From: an uncultured virus (IMG/VR IMGVR_UViG_3300031867_000012)
Taxonomy: Duplodnaviria; Heunggongvirae; Uroviricota; Caudoviricetes
IMG/VR virus record: IMGVR_UViG_3300031867_000012
Strand: one strand, 5' to 3'
Length of the DNA stretch: 64,000 nt
The notes beneath the pieces are model-generated. The model saw nothing but the letters and a program-made list of their open reading frames with translations, ran no database searches and was not told where the DNA came from. Shown here piece by piece: positions 32,026 through 43,186 of this stretch. The number at the start of each line of letters is the position of its first letter. Position 1 is the stretch's first letter. The translations under genes were made by a program, and so were the position numbers.

Positions 32026-35000
32026 ATGTTTAAGATAGATGAAAATTTGTTTGGGTATATCAGTAAAAGTAATGAATTAACTGAAGATATTATCCAAAGG
32101 TATAAAAATAGTTTAATATTTATTGGAGATGAAAGACAAATATATATTCCAACAACTAATTCTTATGTAGGTGTTGGAATGTCAACAATAGAAAATATTC
32201 ATATTTCTAATTCGAGTTCCGATAGAATATATATTTCTGATGTTGCTAATAGTAGTGCAACAAATCCTAACACAACATATTATTTTCCTGTTATTAGTAA
32301 TGTGGCACCTCATTCATATTACTATACATATGTAGCGCAAAATGTTGGTGTTAATCCTATTACTGGAAAATTTATTGGTGGATTACAAGGTACTGCGGAT
32401 TATTCAACAGTATCTAATTTAACATATAAGAATGAAACTAAATCTACTAGTAATAATTCATCATATTATATAACATTTGCTAATAAAATGAATGGTGAAT
32501 CATATTCATATGTTAATAACAAATTATTATATAATCCACATAAAGAAATATTAACAAGTACATATTTTAGTGGATATTTACTTGGTTGGGCTTCTTATGC
32601 TTCTTATACCATATATTCATCATATTCATCATATACATCATATTCATTATTTAATAGTTATCAAAGTATTCATAATACTAATGATAATAATATTTATCAT
32701 ATTACATTTGGTAAGAATTCTTCTTATAGTTTAAGTTATGTTAATAGTCAATTCTATTATAATCCTGCATTAAATTGTGTATATTTTGGTACTGCTTATG
32801 GTAATATTTATGGTAATGCTGAGACTCTTGATGGATTTAATGCTAATGAATTATTTCAAGAATTTAAAAATGCAGGTAGCCAATATACATATATAAGAAT
32901 TGGTAATACTGATAAAAAATTAAAGATTGATGCTGATAAATTAGATGGTAAACATTTAAATGAAATATTCCAAGAATTTAGAAATGGTGATAATAATTGT
33001 GCATATATTAAAATAGGTAATACTGAAAAATATGTACAACTAAATTCTTATACTTTAGAAGGTTTAAAGAAAGAAGATCTATTTACATTTTTTGGTAATG
33101 ATAATGAGCAAACCAAAATTATAATTGGTGGTACAACTAAAACACATTATATCAATTCTGCTTATCTACAAGGTTATCATGTATCCGAGTTGTTAGAATT
33201 ATTTAGTGATGGTACAATATCTTCTTCTGGTAACATATTAACACAAAAAGCACATAAGATTAAGATTGGTGGAACAGAAAAATCTGCCGGTCAATCAAAT
33301 AATGTTAAGATAATAAATTCAGCTGAATGGTCATATGTTGGCTCAACTCCATGCATATCTAATACTACATATAATTTAGTTTTAAGATATAAAGTAAATG
33401 GAATAAATTCAACTTATGCTTATTTACCTAAACTTTATGCTTATAGTGCAACTTATATTGATGGACTTAGCACTAAAGATCTATTTACATTTTTTGGTAA
33501 TGATAATGAGCAAACCAAAATTATAATTGGTGGTACAACTAAAACACATTATATCAATTCTGCTTATCTACAAGGTTATCATGCATCTGAGTTGTTAGAA
33601 TTATTTAGTGATGGTACAATATCTTCTTCTGGTAACATATTAACACAAAAAGCACATAAGATTAAGATTGGTGGAACAGAAAAATCTGCTGGTCAATCAA
33701 ATAATGTTAAGATAATAAATTCAGCTGAATGGTCATATGTTGGTTCAACTCCATGCATATCTAATACTACATATAATTTAGTTTTAAGATATAAAATAAA
33801 TGGAATAAATTCAACTTATGCTTATTTACCTAAACTTTATGCTTATAGTGCAACTTATATTGATGGACTTAGCACTAAAGATCTATTTACATTTTTTGGT
33901 AATGATAATGAGCAAACCAAAATTATAATTGGTGGTACAACTAAAACACATTATATCAATTCTGCTTATCTACAAGGTTATCATGCATCTGAGTTGTTAG
34001 AATTATTTAGTGATGGTACAATATCTTCTTCTGGTAACATATTAACACAAAAAGCACATAAGATTAAGATTGGTGGAACAGAAAAATCTGCTGGTCAATC
34101 AAATAATGTTAAGATAATAAATTCAGCTGAATGGTCATATGTTGGTTCAACTCCATGCATATCTAATACTACATATAATTTAGTTTTAAGATATAAAATA
34201 AATGGAATAAATTCAACTTATGCTTATTTACCTAAACTTTATGCTTATAGTGCAACAATAGCAGATAAATTAGGTACATCTACGGTGGGTGAACCATTAA
34301 TACCAATTTATTTAAATAATGGTATACCAACTGCATTTACAAATAATGTTGGTAATGGTGCTAAACCTATATATTTATATGCAGGTAAAATTACAGCTAG
34401 TACTGCTAATATTGGTAGTGGAACAAAACCTATATTTATGTCTAGTGGTACTTTAACCGAATCATCTAGTACAGTAGGTTCTTCTTCACAACCAGTATAT
34501 TTAAATGCCGGTGTTATAACTGCTTGTACTAATGTAGCTAATTCATCACATACTCATAAAATTAAATTAGGTAATACAGAAATAACAATACCAGCCCCAG
34601 GTACAACACCAACGGCTACAACAAATATATCTGGGCCTTTTGCAATTGATACTAATGCTGATAGTTCAAAAGCTTTCTCAATTAGAAGAAGTTCTGATGC
34701 AGAAGGTGTTAAACATTGGGTTGATGATGCTGAATATCATATTGATTACACAAATGACGAAAAATCTAGTTCAATACATTGGAGAATAATTAATACTGAT
34801 ACAGAATCCCCAGCTTCTCCACCACAAACAACTGATTTTCATGTATATTTGACTTCTAATGGAGAATTTAGACCAGGTACAAATAATACTGGTAGTATAG
34901 GTACATCTTCATATAAATGGAAATATATTTATGGAACAAATATATATGGTAATTTAACAGGAAATGTTACTGGTAATGTTACTGGTAATTTGACTGGTAT

Positions 35001-38000
35001 TGCTGATTGGGCTAAATTATTAAGACCTATTTCAAATACAACAACTGCATCGGCTTCTACGTGGAATATTCCTTCTGGGTGTAAACAAGTATGGGGTGAA
35101 AGATTTACTGATAGTACTTTACAATATACTCCTTCTGGTGGATCTGCAACTACTATAACAGATAGTGGTGATTGGGTTATATGGTTAGCCCCAAGTGCAA
35201 CATCTAATGTAGCCACTTTAAATATGCGTATAGATGGTACATTCTATGGTTCATTTGCAGGTAATTTGACAGGTAATGCAAGTACAGCTACTAAATTAGG
35301 TACATCAACAATAGGTAGTACTACTAAAGGTATTTATCTTGATGGTGGTACACCTAAAGCAATGACATATGAATTAAAAGCTACTGTTAATAGTGGTACA
35401 TCAGGTAAGTTAGCTTATTATAGTGGAGATACTGCTATAAGTGTATATAATAGTTCTGTTGGTAATAGTGCTAAACCTATTTACATGTATGCTGGTATTC
35501 CAACAGCTAGTACTGCTAATATTGGTAGTGGAACTAAACCTATATTTATGTCTAGTGGTACTTTAACAGAATCATCTAGTACAGTAGGTAGTGGAACTAA
35601 ACCTATATTTATGTCTAGTGGTACTTTAACTGCATTTAGTGCTACTATAGGTTCTTCATCACAACCAGTATATTTGAATGCCGGTGTTATAACTGCTTGT
35701 TCTAGTATGGCTTTATCTGGTCATACACATACATTTGCGCAAATTACCAATAAAATTACTGATGGAGATGAATTTAATTTTGTAGATGCAGAAAAAGCTG
35801 CTATATGGTTTAATTATCGTAGAGCTTCAACTTCCGCAGCTACAACACCTACTACACAATTCAATTTTGGACAAGGTACAGCAACAGAAGCATATGCTAA
35901 TATAAAAGCACAAGGTTTTATTAAAAATGGATCATCTAATAATTACTTATTAAGAGGTGGTGGAGGACATATTGCTTTTGGTAACTCAAATGGTAATATA
36001 CCAATATCTAATGGTACTGTAAATACTAATTTGAATGCAGATTTATTAGATGGTTATCATGCAAGTAATTTATATACTTCAATTGGGGACTGGATAAGTA
36101 AGGTAGGTAATACAAAAACAGTAACTGTAGGAGGTGATTCAAATACATATTACCCAGTTGTAATAAGTTCTACTTCTGATAAAACTTCTATAAATATTAT
36201 ATCTATTTGGAAAAATCTAGGAAGTCCTACAGCATCTTATTCAGGTAATCATTCTAATGGAACTTCATCAATGTGGTTAATATTTGAAGGAAGATCATGT
36301 ACTTGGGATGGTAATGGAGGTTATTATAGAACTATTTATAAATCACAACCATATGCAACATTAATATCTGAAGCTAATATAGTAGATAGTTCAGTTAGTG
36401 TACTATGTGTATATTTAAGAGGAGGAGGTACTGAATATAATATAAGTACTACTTATCCAGCTTCTGTTACAGTTTATTTATCTGCAACTAATATTGGATC
36501 AAGTACTTATCCAGCAAATGTTATACCAAGAACAGATATAGGTAATGGCGGTATCATAAATGGAACATTTTATGGTAATATTACTGGTAATGCAAATACC
36601 GCTAATACAGCTACTAAATTAGGTACATCAACAATAGGTAGTACAACTAAAGGTATTTATCTTGATGGTGGTACACCTAAAGCAATGACATATGAATTAA
36701 AAGCTACTGTTAATGCTGGTAAATCAGGTAAGTTAGCTTATTATAGTGGAGATGCTACTATAAGTGTATATAATAGTTCTGTTGGTAATGGTGCAAAACC
36801 TATTTATATGTATGCTGGTGTTCCAACAGCTAGTACTGCTAATATTGGTAGTGGAACTAAACCTATATTTATGTCTAGTGGTACTTTAACAGAATCATCT
36901 AGTACAGTGGGTAGTGGAACTAAACCTATATTTATGTCTAGTGGTACTTTAACTGCATTTAGCGCTACTATAGGTTCTTCGTCACAACCAGTATATTTAA
37001 ATGCCGGAGTTATAACTGCTTGTTCTAGTATGGCTTTATCTGGTCATACACATACATTTGCACAAATTACCAATAAATTAACTCATGGGGCTGAATTTAA
37101 TTTTGTAGATCAAGAAAAGGCTACAGTATGGTTTAATTATCGCCGTGCTTCTGATTCTGCAGCAACAACACCTACTACACAATTCAATTTCGGTCAAGGT
37201 ACAGCATCAGAAACATATGCTAATATAAAAGCACAAGGTTTTATAAAAAATGGATCATCTGATAATTACTTATTGAGAGGTGCTGGAGGACATATTGCTT
37301 GGGGTAATGGGTCTAGCCAAATTCCATATTCAAATGGTACAGTAAATACTAATTTGAATGCAGATTTATTAGATGGGTATCATGCTCTTGGTATAACTAA
37401 TACTTCAAATTATTTGATTAAACAAAGCTATATTAATCCAGGAGCTGATGAAAATAATGATCATTGGTATAGAATTGCAACTATTAAACCTGTAGGAAGT
37501 AGTAATTATAAAGTATTATTATATATTTCTACAAATTATCCTAATAGACAATCTGCTTTAGTTGAAATTACTTATAGAACTAACAGCGGTGTTGAATATC
37601 ATGAAGTAACAGGATATGTTGGTACTATTCCAGCAGCTAATATAAGATTATATTATGATACAACAAATTATTCTACAGTATCAGCTGAATTATGTATTTT
37701 TATAGCAAAAAGCTCAACTGGTAGTAGAACAGTTAATACAAGAGTTATAGCAGAAGTTCAACGTGGTGTACAATTCCCAAATATTATAACATTAGATAAT
37801 AATGTTTTAATTGAAGCATCATTGTCATCATATACAGCAATGACTTATGCTAATTTCTTAGGTAATGCAAGTACAGCTACTAAATTAGGTACATCAACAA
37901 TAGGTAGTACAACTAAAGGTATTTATCTCGATGGTGGTACACCTAAAGCAATGACATATGAATTAAAAGCTACTGTTAATGCTGGTACATCAGGTAAGTT

Positions 38001-41000
38001 AGCTTATTATAGTGGAGATACTGCTATAAGTGTATATAATAGTTCTGTTGGTAATGGTGCTAAACCTATTTATATGTATGCTGGTGTTCCAACCGCTAGT
38101 ACTACTAATATTGGTAGTGGAACTAAACCTATATTTATGTCTAGTGGTACTTTAACAGAATCATCTAGTACAGTGGGTAGTGGAACAAAACCTATATTTA
38201 TGTCTAGTGGTACTTTAACTGCATTTAGCGCTACTATAGGTTCTTCTTCACAACCAGTATATTTAAATGCTGGTGTTATAACAGCTTGTACTAATGTAGC
38301 TAATTCTTCACATACTCATACATTTGCACAAATTACTAATAAATTAACCCATGGAGATGAATTTAATTTTGTAGATCAAGAAAAAGTTACAGTATGGTTT
38401 AATTATCGTCGTGCTTCTGATTCTGCAGCAACAACACCTACTACACAATTCAATTTCGGTCAAGGTACAGCAACAGGAACTTATGCTTATTTAATGGCTG
38501 AAGGATTCAAAAAGAATGGATCATCTGATAATTACTTATTAAGAGGTGGTGGAGGACATATTGCCTGGGGTAATGGTTCTGGTCAAATTCCATATTCAAA
38601 TGGTACAGTAAATACTAATTTGAATGCAGATTTATTAGATGGGTATCATGCTGGTGTACAAAATGGGCAGGTTAGTATATTTGTTCCATGGCCTAGTATA
38701 GCTACCATGAAATCAGAAGGTTTATTGACAACTAATTATGGTACAAGTGGATATGGTCATCCGGATGAAGTATATTTACAAGCTATATGTAAATGGGCAA
38801 TTGCACATTATACAAATTTAGGTGATGTTACATTAATTGGTTCAATCGCTCCTAACTCATCAGGTACTGTTATAATGCATTTATATTCTTCATCTGGTAA
38901 AGATTCAACAACATTATTACCTAGATATTGTGCTTCTACATACCAAAATTTAAGTGGTTATATATATGAATTTGGTTGTGTGAATTATGTTTGGTATTAT
39001 AGAAGACTTTCTGCCGGTAATGCAGATATTGCAACTAGATTAGGTACATCAACAATAGGTAGTACAACTAAAGGTATTTATCTTGATGGTGGTACACCTA
39101 AAGCGATGACATATGAATTAAAAGCTACTGTTAATAGTGGTACATCAGGTAAGTTAGCTTATTATAGTGGAGATGCTGCTATAAGTGTATATAATAGTTC
39201 TGTTGGTAATGGTGCTAAACCTATTTATATGTATGCTGGTGTTCCAACAGCTAGTACTGCTAATATTGGTAGTGGAACTAAACCTATATTTATGTCTAGT
39301 GGTACTTTAACAGAATCATCTAGTACAGTGGGTAGTGGAACAAAACCTATATTTATGTCCAGTGGTACTTTAACTGCATTTAGCGCTACTATAGGTTCTT
39401 CATCACAACCGGTATATTTAAATGCTGGTGTTATAACAGCTTGTACTAATGTAGCTAATTCTTCACATACTCATACATTTGCACAAATTACTACTAAAAT
39501 TACAAATACAAATGAATTTAATTTTGTAGATGCAGAACAAGCTACTATATGGTTTAATTATCGTAGAGCTTCTAATTCTGCCGCTACAACTGCTACTACA
39601 CAATTCAATTTCGGACGAGGTACTGCAACAGAAGCATATGCTAATATAAAAGCACAAGGTTTTATTAAAAATGGATCATCTGATAATTACTTATTAAGAG
39701 GTGGTGGAGGACATATTGCTTATGGTAATTCAAGTGGATATGTACCTTTATCTAATGGTACTATAAATACCAATTTGAATGCAGATTTATTAGATGGTAC
39801 CCATAAAGCAGATTTATTAACTGCTGCATCTTTAGGAGCTAGTGGAAATAATACAACTTTATCTGTAACTGTTGGTGGAACAACTAAGACAGGAAGTGTT
39901 ACTGTACCTTATTCTACTAAGACAAAAACTGTTATTGCACACCATACAATAACAGGTTCAGGTCCTAATAATGCCCAAGGTAAATGGATTAAGTTTGCCA
40001 CAATTGATTTATCATCTGGTAACTGGACCTCATTTGATGAAACATGGATATTTGGATCTACAGAAAGCCCATCTGCTACACCAAGAGGTATATTAAAACT
40101 TAATGGTAATAGAGCAGGTAATAACGATACGATAAGTGCTGTATCACTTAAATGGTTAACATTAGAGAATATTTGGTATAAAGATAAAGTTGTATTATAT
40201 AAAAGAGCAGCTAATACATATGATGTATATATATCTAACTATGGTACATATGAAACAATGAATGTAGTTAGATTAACTGGTTATTATGATAATGTAACAT
40301 TTGGTAATGGTACATGGGGTGATTTACCAGGTACAGCATTATATACATCATCTTTAGGTGGTAATGTTAGTAATGCTGATTATGCAAGTAATGCTGATAA
40401 ATTAGATGGTTATCATGCTAATGGTTTATTTACTGTATTTGGTGCATCAGGTAATGCGTTATCATTAACAATTGGTGGAACAACACGTACATATACTCCA
40501 CCTTATGCAAGTAATGCAGATACTGTTGATGGTTATCACGCTAGTGGTTTATTTACTACATTTGGGAATTCAGGAAATAATATAACAGCAACTATAGGTA
40601 GTACTACTAAAACATTTACTGTTAATTACGCTACTAATTCTACTTCAACAGAATATCTTAATAATTATACTATTTCAGATCCTAATACAGCAAAAAAAGA
40701 TAATAAAGTAAAATGGTTTGCACAAATTAATTCATCATCAGGATATGCAGGTAATAATTATGGATTCCCAGTATCTAATAATGCAAATGGTATACTTTAT
40801 TTAGGAACACATCCAGGAGAATATGGACACCAATTAGGGTTTTCATCAAATGGTAGTATTTATCGTAGATACCAAAATGGTTCAGCTTTCCCAACAACTG
40901 CTAATGGAGGTTCATGGTTAAGAATATTAGATAGTGGAAACTCATCAGTATCAGGAGGAGGATCTTCTTTTGGTAGTTCTATTACTGTTACTATAAATGG

Positions 41001-42288
41001 TATAACTAAAACATTAACTATTCCTTCAAATCCAAATACTGATTATAGAGTAACACAAAATTCAGATAGTGCTAATACCGAATATAGAGTATTATTTAAG
41101 TATACTGCTAATGATACTAATGAAACAAATACAGTAAAATATAATACTAAATTTAGATATAATCCTTCAACAGGTAATATATTTAATAATGGTAATTTCT
41201 ATATAGACACAGGAGATAATGATAGATTTATACAATTTAGATATAATTCAAATAATTATGCTGGTGCTGCATGGAGATTAATTTCTAGAGGATCCGGAAG
41301 TGGAGATACTAATTATTTTGATATTGAGACAGGTGGAAGTGATGCAAGTTCTAATACATGGTATAGAGTAATCCGTCTTACAATGGATAATCGTAGAGTT
41401 GGTATAGGAACTGATTCACCATCTGATAAATTAGATGTTGGTGGTTATATAAGAAGTAGTGCTAATTCTAGATATTTACAAATAGGTCCACAAAATACAT
41501 CATGGGCTCATTATAATACAAATGCAGATACAGGACATTGGTTTAATAAACGTGTAGATGTTAATGGAGATATCCGACTTCATAGTGGAAATGGTCATCT
41601 TCTTTCAACAGGTCAAATGTATGCTAAAGGTTATCATTTTATAGGTAATGATAATAATAATTATGTATTATTAGCCGGTGGAAGTTATAAACAATGGACA
41701 AATAATAGTACTGCAAATGCTTTAGTTTCAAGAAATGGAAGTGGAGATATATATGTACGTTATGCATTTGCTACACTTTTCAATTCTAGTACAGGTGATG
41801 AAAATCCTACAATAGGTTCAGTTTATATCAGAAACACATCTGATAACTATATAAGAAGAATGAGTATTAGTAATTTCATTTCACAAATTACTCCATTAGT
41901 AGATTCTAATGATACTGTTTCATTTACAAAATCATTAACTGTTACAGAAGCTTGGATGGACACCGGAATTGTTGTTAATACTACCAATTTCCCTAAAGGA
42001 TCTGGTACATATGCAATTCAAATTTCACATAGTACTTTAACTACTCCTGGTGATAATGGATATGCTTCATTATATTCTGGAATAATATCTATTTATACTG
42101 ATGGAACAAATTCAACTACCGATAGTGAAGAAGTAATATTACATAGAGCAGGTCATGCATGGGTACGAAGAATATATATTAGAACAATGCCTGTTGCTTC
42201 TACTGGTAATTGTAAGATACAAATAGCTGCAAGTAAAACATGGACAGCCGCTTCAAATGTAACATTCAAATTTAGAAAACTTATTTAA
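32026..42288 (+). CDS. giant modular tail fibre / receptor-binding protein
   Basis: 3420 aa, Ser/Thr/Gly/Asn-rich, with GNLTGNA shaft motifs, repeated NADxLDGxHA motifs, VGIGTDSP motif and large internal repeats. Confidence 0.8.
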   Translation: MFKIDENLFGYISKSNELTEDIIQRYKNSLIFIGDERQIYIPTTNSYVGVGMSTIENIHISNSSSDRIYISDVANSSATNPNTTYYFPVISNVAPHSYYYTYVAQNVGVNPITGKFIGGLQGTADYSTVSNLTYKNETKSTSNNSSYYITFANKMNGESYSYVNNKLLYNPHKEILTSTYFSGYLLGWASYASYTIYSSYSSYTSYSLFNSYQSIHNTNDNNIYHITFGKNSSYSLSYVNSQFYYNPALNCVYFGTAYGNIYGNAETLDGFNANELFQEFKNAGSQYTYIRIGNTDKKLKIDADKLDGKHLNEIFQEFRNGDNNCAYIKIGNTEKYVQLNSYTLEGLKKEDLFTFFGNDNEQTKIIIGGTTKTHYINSAYLQGYHVSELLELFSDGTISSSGNILTQKAHKIKIGGTEKSAGQSNNVKIINSAEWSYVGSTPCISNTTYNLVLRYKVNGINSTYAYLPKLYAYSATYIDGLSTKDLFTFFGNDNEQTKIIIGGTTKTHYINSAYLQGYHASELLELFSDGTISSSGNILTQKAHKIKIGGTEKSAGQSNNVKIINSAEWSYVGSTPCISNTTYNLVLRYKINGINSTYAYLPKLYAYSATYIDGLSTKDLFTFFGNDNEQTKIIIGGTTKTHYINSAYLQGYHASELLELFSDGTISSSGNILTQKAHKIKIGGTEKSAGQSNNVKIINSAEWSYVGSTPCISNTTYNLVLRYKINGINSTYAYLPKLYAYSATIADKLGTSTVGEPLIPIYLNNGIPTAFTNNVGNGAKPIYLYAGKITASTANIGSGTKPIFMSSGTLTESSSTVGSSSQPVYLNAGVITACTNVANSSHTHKIKLGNTEITIPAPGTTPTATTNISGPFAIDTNADSSKAFSIRRSSDAEGVKHWVDDAEYHIDYTNDEKSSSIHWRIINTDTESPASPPQTTDFHVYLTSNGEFRPGTNNTGSIGTSSYKWKYIYGTNIYGNLTGNVTGNVTGNLTGIADWAKLLRPISNTTTASASTWNIPSGCKQVWGERFTDSTLQYTPSGGSATTITDSGDWVIWLAPSATSNVATLNMRIDGTFYGSFAGNLTGNASTATKLGTSTIGSTTKGIYLDGGTPKAMTYELKATVNSGTSGKLAYYSGDTAISVYNSSVGNSAKPIYMYAGIPTASTANIGSGTKPIFMSSGTLTESSSTVGSGTKPIFMSSGTLTAFSATIGSSSQPVYLNAGVITACSSMALSGHTHTFAQITNKITDGDEFNFVDAEKAAIWFNYRRASTSAATTPTTQFNFGQGTATEAYANIKAQGFIKNGSSNNYLLRGGGGHIAFGNSNGNIPISNGTVNTNLNADLLDGYHASNLYTSIGDWISKVGNTKTVTVGGDSNTYYPVVISSTSDKTSINIISIWKNLGSPTASYSGNHSNGTSSMWLIFEGRSCTWDGNGGYYRTIYKSQPYATLISEANIVDSSVSVLCVYLRGGGTEYNISTTYPASVTVYLSATNIGSSTYPANVIPRTDIGNGGIINGTFYGNITGNANTANTATKLGTSTIGSTTKGIYLDGGTPKAMTYELKATVNAGKSGKLAYYSGDATISVYNSSVGNGAKPIYMYAGVPTASTANIGSGTKPIFMSSGTLTESSSTVGSGTKPIFMSSGTLTAFSATIGSSSQPVYLNAGVITACSSMALSGHTHTFAQITNKLTHGAEFNFVDQEKATVWFNYRRASDSAATTPTTQFNFGQGTASETYANIKAQGFIKNGSSDNYLLRGAGGHIAWGNGSSQIPYSNGTVNTNLNADLLDGYHALGITNTSNYLIKQSYINPGADENNDHWYRIATIKPVGSSNYKVLLYISTNYPNRQSALVEITYRTNSGVEYHEVTGYVGTIPAANIRLYYDTTNYSTVSAELCIFIAKSSTGSRTVNTRVIAEVQRGVQFPNIITLDNNVLIEASLSSYTAMTYANFLGNASTATKLGTSTIGSTTKGIYLDGGTPKAMTYELKATVNAGTSGKLAYYSGDTAISVYNSSVGNGAKPIYMYAGVPTASTTNIGSGTKPIFMSSGTLTESSSTVGSGTKPIFMSSGTLTAFSATIGSSSQPVYLNAGVITACTNVANSSHTHTFAQITNKLTHGDEFNFVDQEKVTVWFNYRRASDSAATTPTTQFNFGQGTATGTYAYLMAEGFKKNGSSDNYLLRGGGGHIAWGNGSGQIPYSNGTVNTNLNADLLDGYHAGVQNGQVSIFVPWPSIATMKSEGLLTTNYGTSGYGHPDEVYLQAICKWAIAHYTNLGDVTLIGSIAPNSSGTVIMHLYSSSGKDSTTLLPRYCASTYQNLSGYIYEFGCVNYVWYYRRLSAGNADIATRLGTSTIGSTTKGIYLDGGTPKAMTYELKATVNSGTSGKLAYYSGDAAISVYNSSVGNGAKPIYMYAGVPTASTANIGSGTKPIFMSSGTLTESSSTVGSGTKPIFMSSGTLTAFSATIGSSSQPVYLNAGVITACTNVANSSHTHTFAQITTKITNTNEFNFVDAEQATIWFNYRRASNSAATTATTQFNFGRGTATEAYANIKAQGFIKNGSSDNYLLRGGGGHIAYGNSSGYVPLSNGTINTNLNADLLDGTHKADLLTAASLGASGNNTTLSVTVGGTTKTGSVTVPYSTKTKTVIAHHTITGSGPNNAQGKWIKFATIDLSSGNWTSFDETWIFGSTESPSATPRGILKLNGNRAGNNDTISAVSLKWLTLENIWYKDKVVLYKRAANTYDVYISNYGTYETMNVVRLTGYYDNVTFGNGTWGDLPGTALYTSSLGGNVSNADYASNADKLDGYHANGLFTVFGASGNALSLTIGGTTRTYTPPYASNADTVDGYHASGLFTTFGNSGNNITATIGSTTKTFTVNYATNSTSTEYLNNYTISDPNTAKKDNKVKWFAQINSSSGYAGNNYGFPVSNNANGILYLGTHPGEYGHQLGFSSNGSIYRRYQNGSAFPTTANGGSWLRILDSGNSSVSGGGSSFGSSITVTINGITKTLTIPSNPNTDYRVTQNSDSANTEYRVLFKYTANDTNETNTVKYNTKFRYNPSTGNIFNNGNFYIDTGDNDRFIQFRYNSNNYAGAAWRLISRGSGSGDTNYFDIETGGSDASSNTWYRVIRLTMDNRRVGIGTDSPSDKLDVGGYIRSSANSRYLQIGPQNTSWAHYNTNADTGHWFNKRVDVNGDIRLHSGNGHLLSTGQMYAKGYHFIGNDNNNYVLLAGGSYKQWTNNSTANALVSRNGSGDIYVRYAFATLFNSSTGDENPTIGSVYIRNTSDNYIRRMSISNFISQITPLVDSNDTVSFTKSLTVTEAWMDTGIVVNTTNFPKGSGTYAIQISHSTLTTPGDNGYASLYSGIISIYTDGTNSTTDSEEVILHRAGHAWVRRIYIRTMPVASTGNCKIQIAASKTWTAASNVTFKFRKLI
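33076..34256 (+). repeat. three near-identical 402-nt (134-aa) tandem repeats
   Basis: GATCTATTTACATTTTTTGGT starts at 33076, 33478 and 33880. Confidence 0.95.
35283..39797 (+). repeat. four dispersed copies of a ~0.78-kb module (LGTSTIGSTTKG...NLNADLLDG)
   Basis: Copies at about 35283-36062, 36606-37385, 37872-38651 and 39040-39797, each followed by a unique segment. Confidence 0.9.
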
Positions 42289-42320
42289 ACAAACATTTAT
42301 ATACAAACATTTATTAATAG

Positions 42321-42355
42321 AAAGGGGGTTACCGTATTGTTAGTAACCCTCTTTT
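42321..42355. terminator. bidirectional terminator at the strand switch
   Basis: AAAGGGGGTTAC/GTAACCCTCTTT between convergent genes. Confidence 0.7.
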
Positions 42356-42633
42356 ATTTTTTCTTCTAATATATTTTTAAGTAAATTATATATATAATCT
42401 TCATAAGTTCCCCAATCTTTTATTTTATTTGGTACAACATCAAATTTTTCTTGAATATGATTTCTAATTGTCATACCATAAAGTAAATTGGTACTAATAG
42501 GAATTCCATCTTCTACAAGTAATGGAAATACTCTTCCTTTATCTTTATACCATCTAATCATCATTTTAAGACCATCTTCTTGTATAAAGTTTAATATTTC
42601 TTGCCTTACTTCTTCATTGTTTAAAGTATTCAT
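42340..42633 (-). CDS. hypothetical protein
   Basis: 97-aa ORF. Confidence 0.65.
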   Translation of the reverse strand: MNTLNNEEVRQEILNFIQEDGLKMMIRWYKDKGRVFPLLVEDGIPISTNLLYGMTIRNHIQEKFDVVPNKIKDWGTYEDYIYNLLKNILEEKIKEGY

Positions 42634-43021
42634 ATATATTACTAAAATATTTTGGTTTAATTATTTTTTCATAAATTCCTGATTTATCAGAAACATGTTG
42701 TTCTAATTGGTAACATAATTTATCCCATTCCTTAAATCGTTTATATTCTTCAAGATGATCATTAGGACAATTAGGAACATACATGTAAGTTCCCCATTTA
42801 TGATAATCTTCACAATCTTTACCTAAGATCATTGTATTATCAATATCTCTAAACATACGATTATCAGAAAAATAACCTTTATTAGGCTTACTATCAAATT
42901 CAGGATAATTTGTTATATTATATTGGTGAATCTTCATTTGAGGAAAACAACAATAATCACCATCCCAAAAACAAAAATTCTCACAATTAATACAACAATC
43001 TTTATTTCTAAAATCTTTCAT
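42614..43021 (-). CDS. Cys-rich hypothetical protein
   Basis: CCINC...YCC...CEDY. Confidence 0.65.
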   Translation of the reverse strand: MKDFRNKDCCINCENFCFWDGDYCCFPQMKIHQYNITNYPEFDSKPNKGYFSDNRMFRDIDNTMILGKDCEDYHKWGTYMYVPNCPNDHLEEYKRFKEWDKLCYQLEQHVSDKSGIYEKIIKPKYFSNIYEYFKQ

Positions 43022-43186
43022 TACATTTCTTTAATATAATTTTTTAATTCTGCTAAAGTATCTAATGATCCACTGAAATAATTTTTATCACAACTTTCAA
43101 TACTTGACTTTAATTGTTTTCTTGTTATATCAATTGAATCATTAATATAATCTAATAATTGATTTTTAAATAATTCTTTATATTCT

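Noticed and set aside
33076..39797. Repeats as a CRISPR array or DGR template/variable pair
   Set aside because: The units are hundreds of nucleotides long and in frame within a CDS; there is no repeat-spacer pattern, no evident adenine-specific mismatch pattern and no reverse transcriptase in the window.
23360..42288. Pervasive code-15 recoding
   Set aside because: The largest genes are uninterrupted in the standard code; only one suggestive TAG was found in the window.
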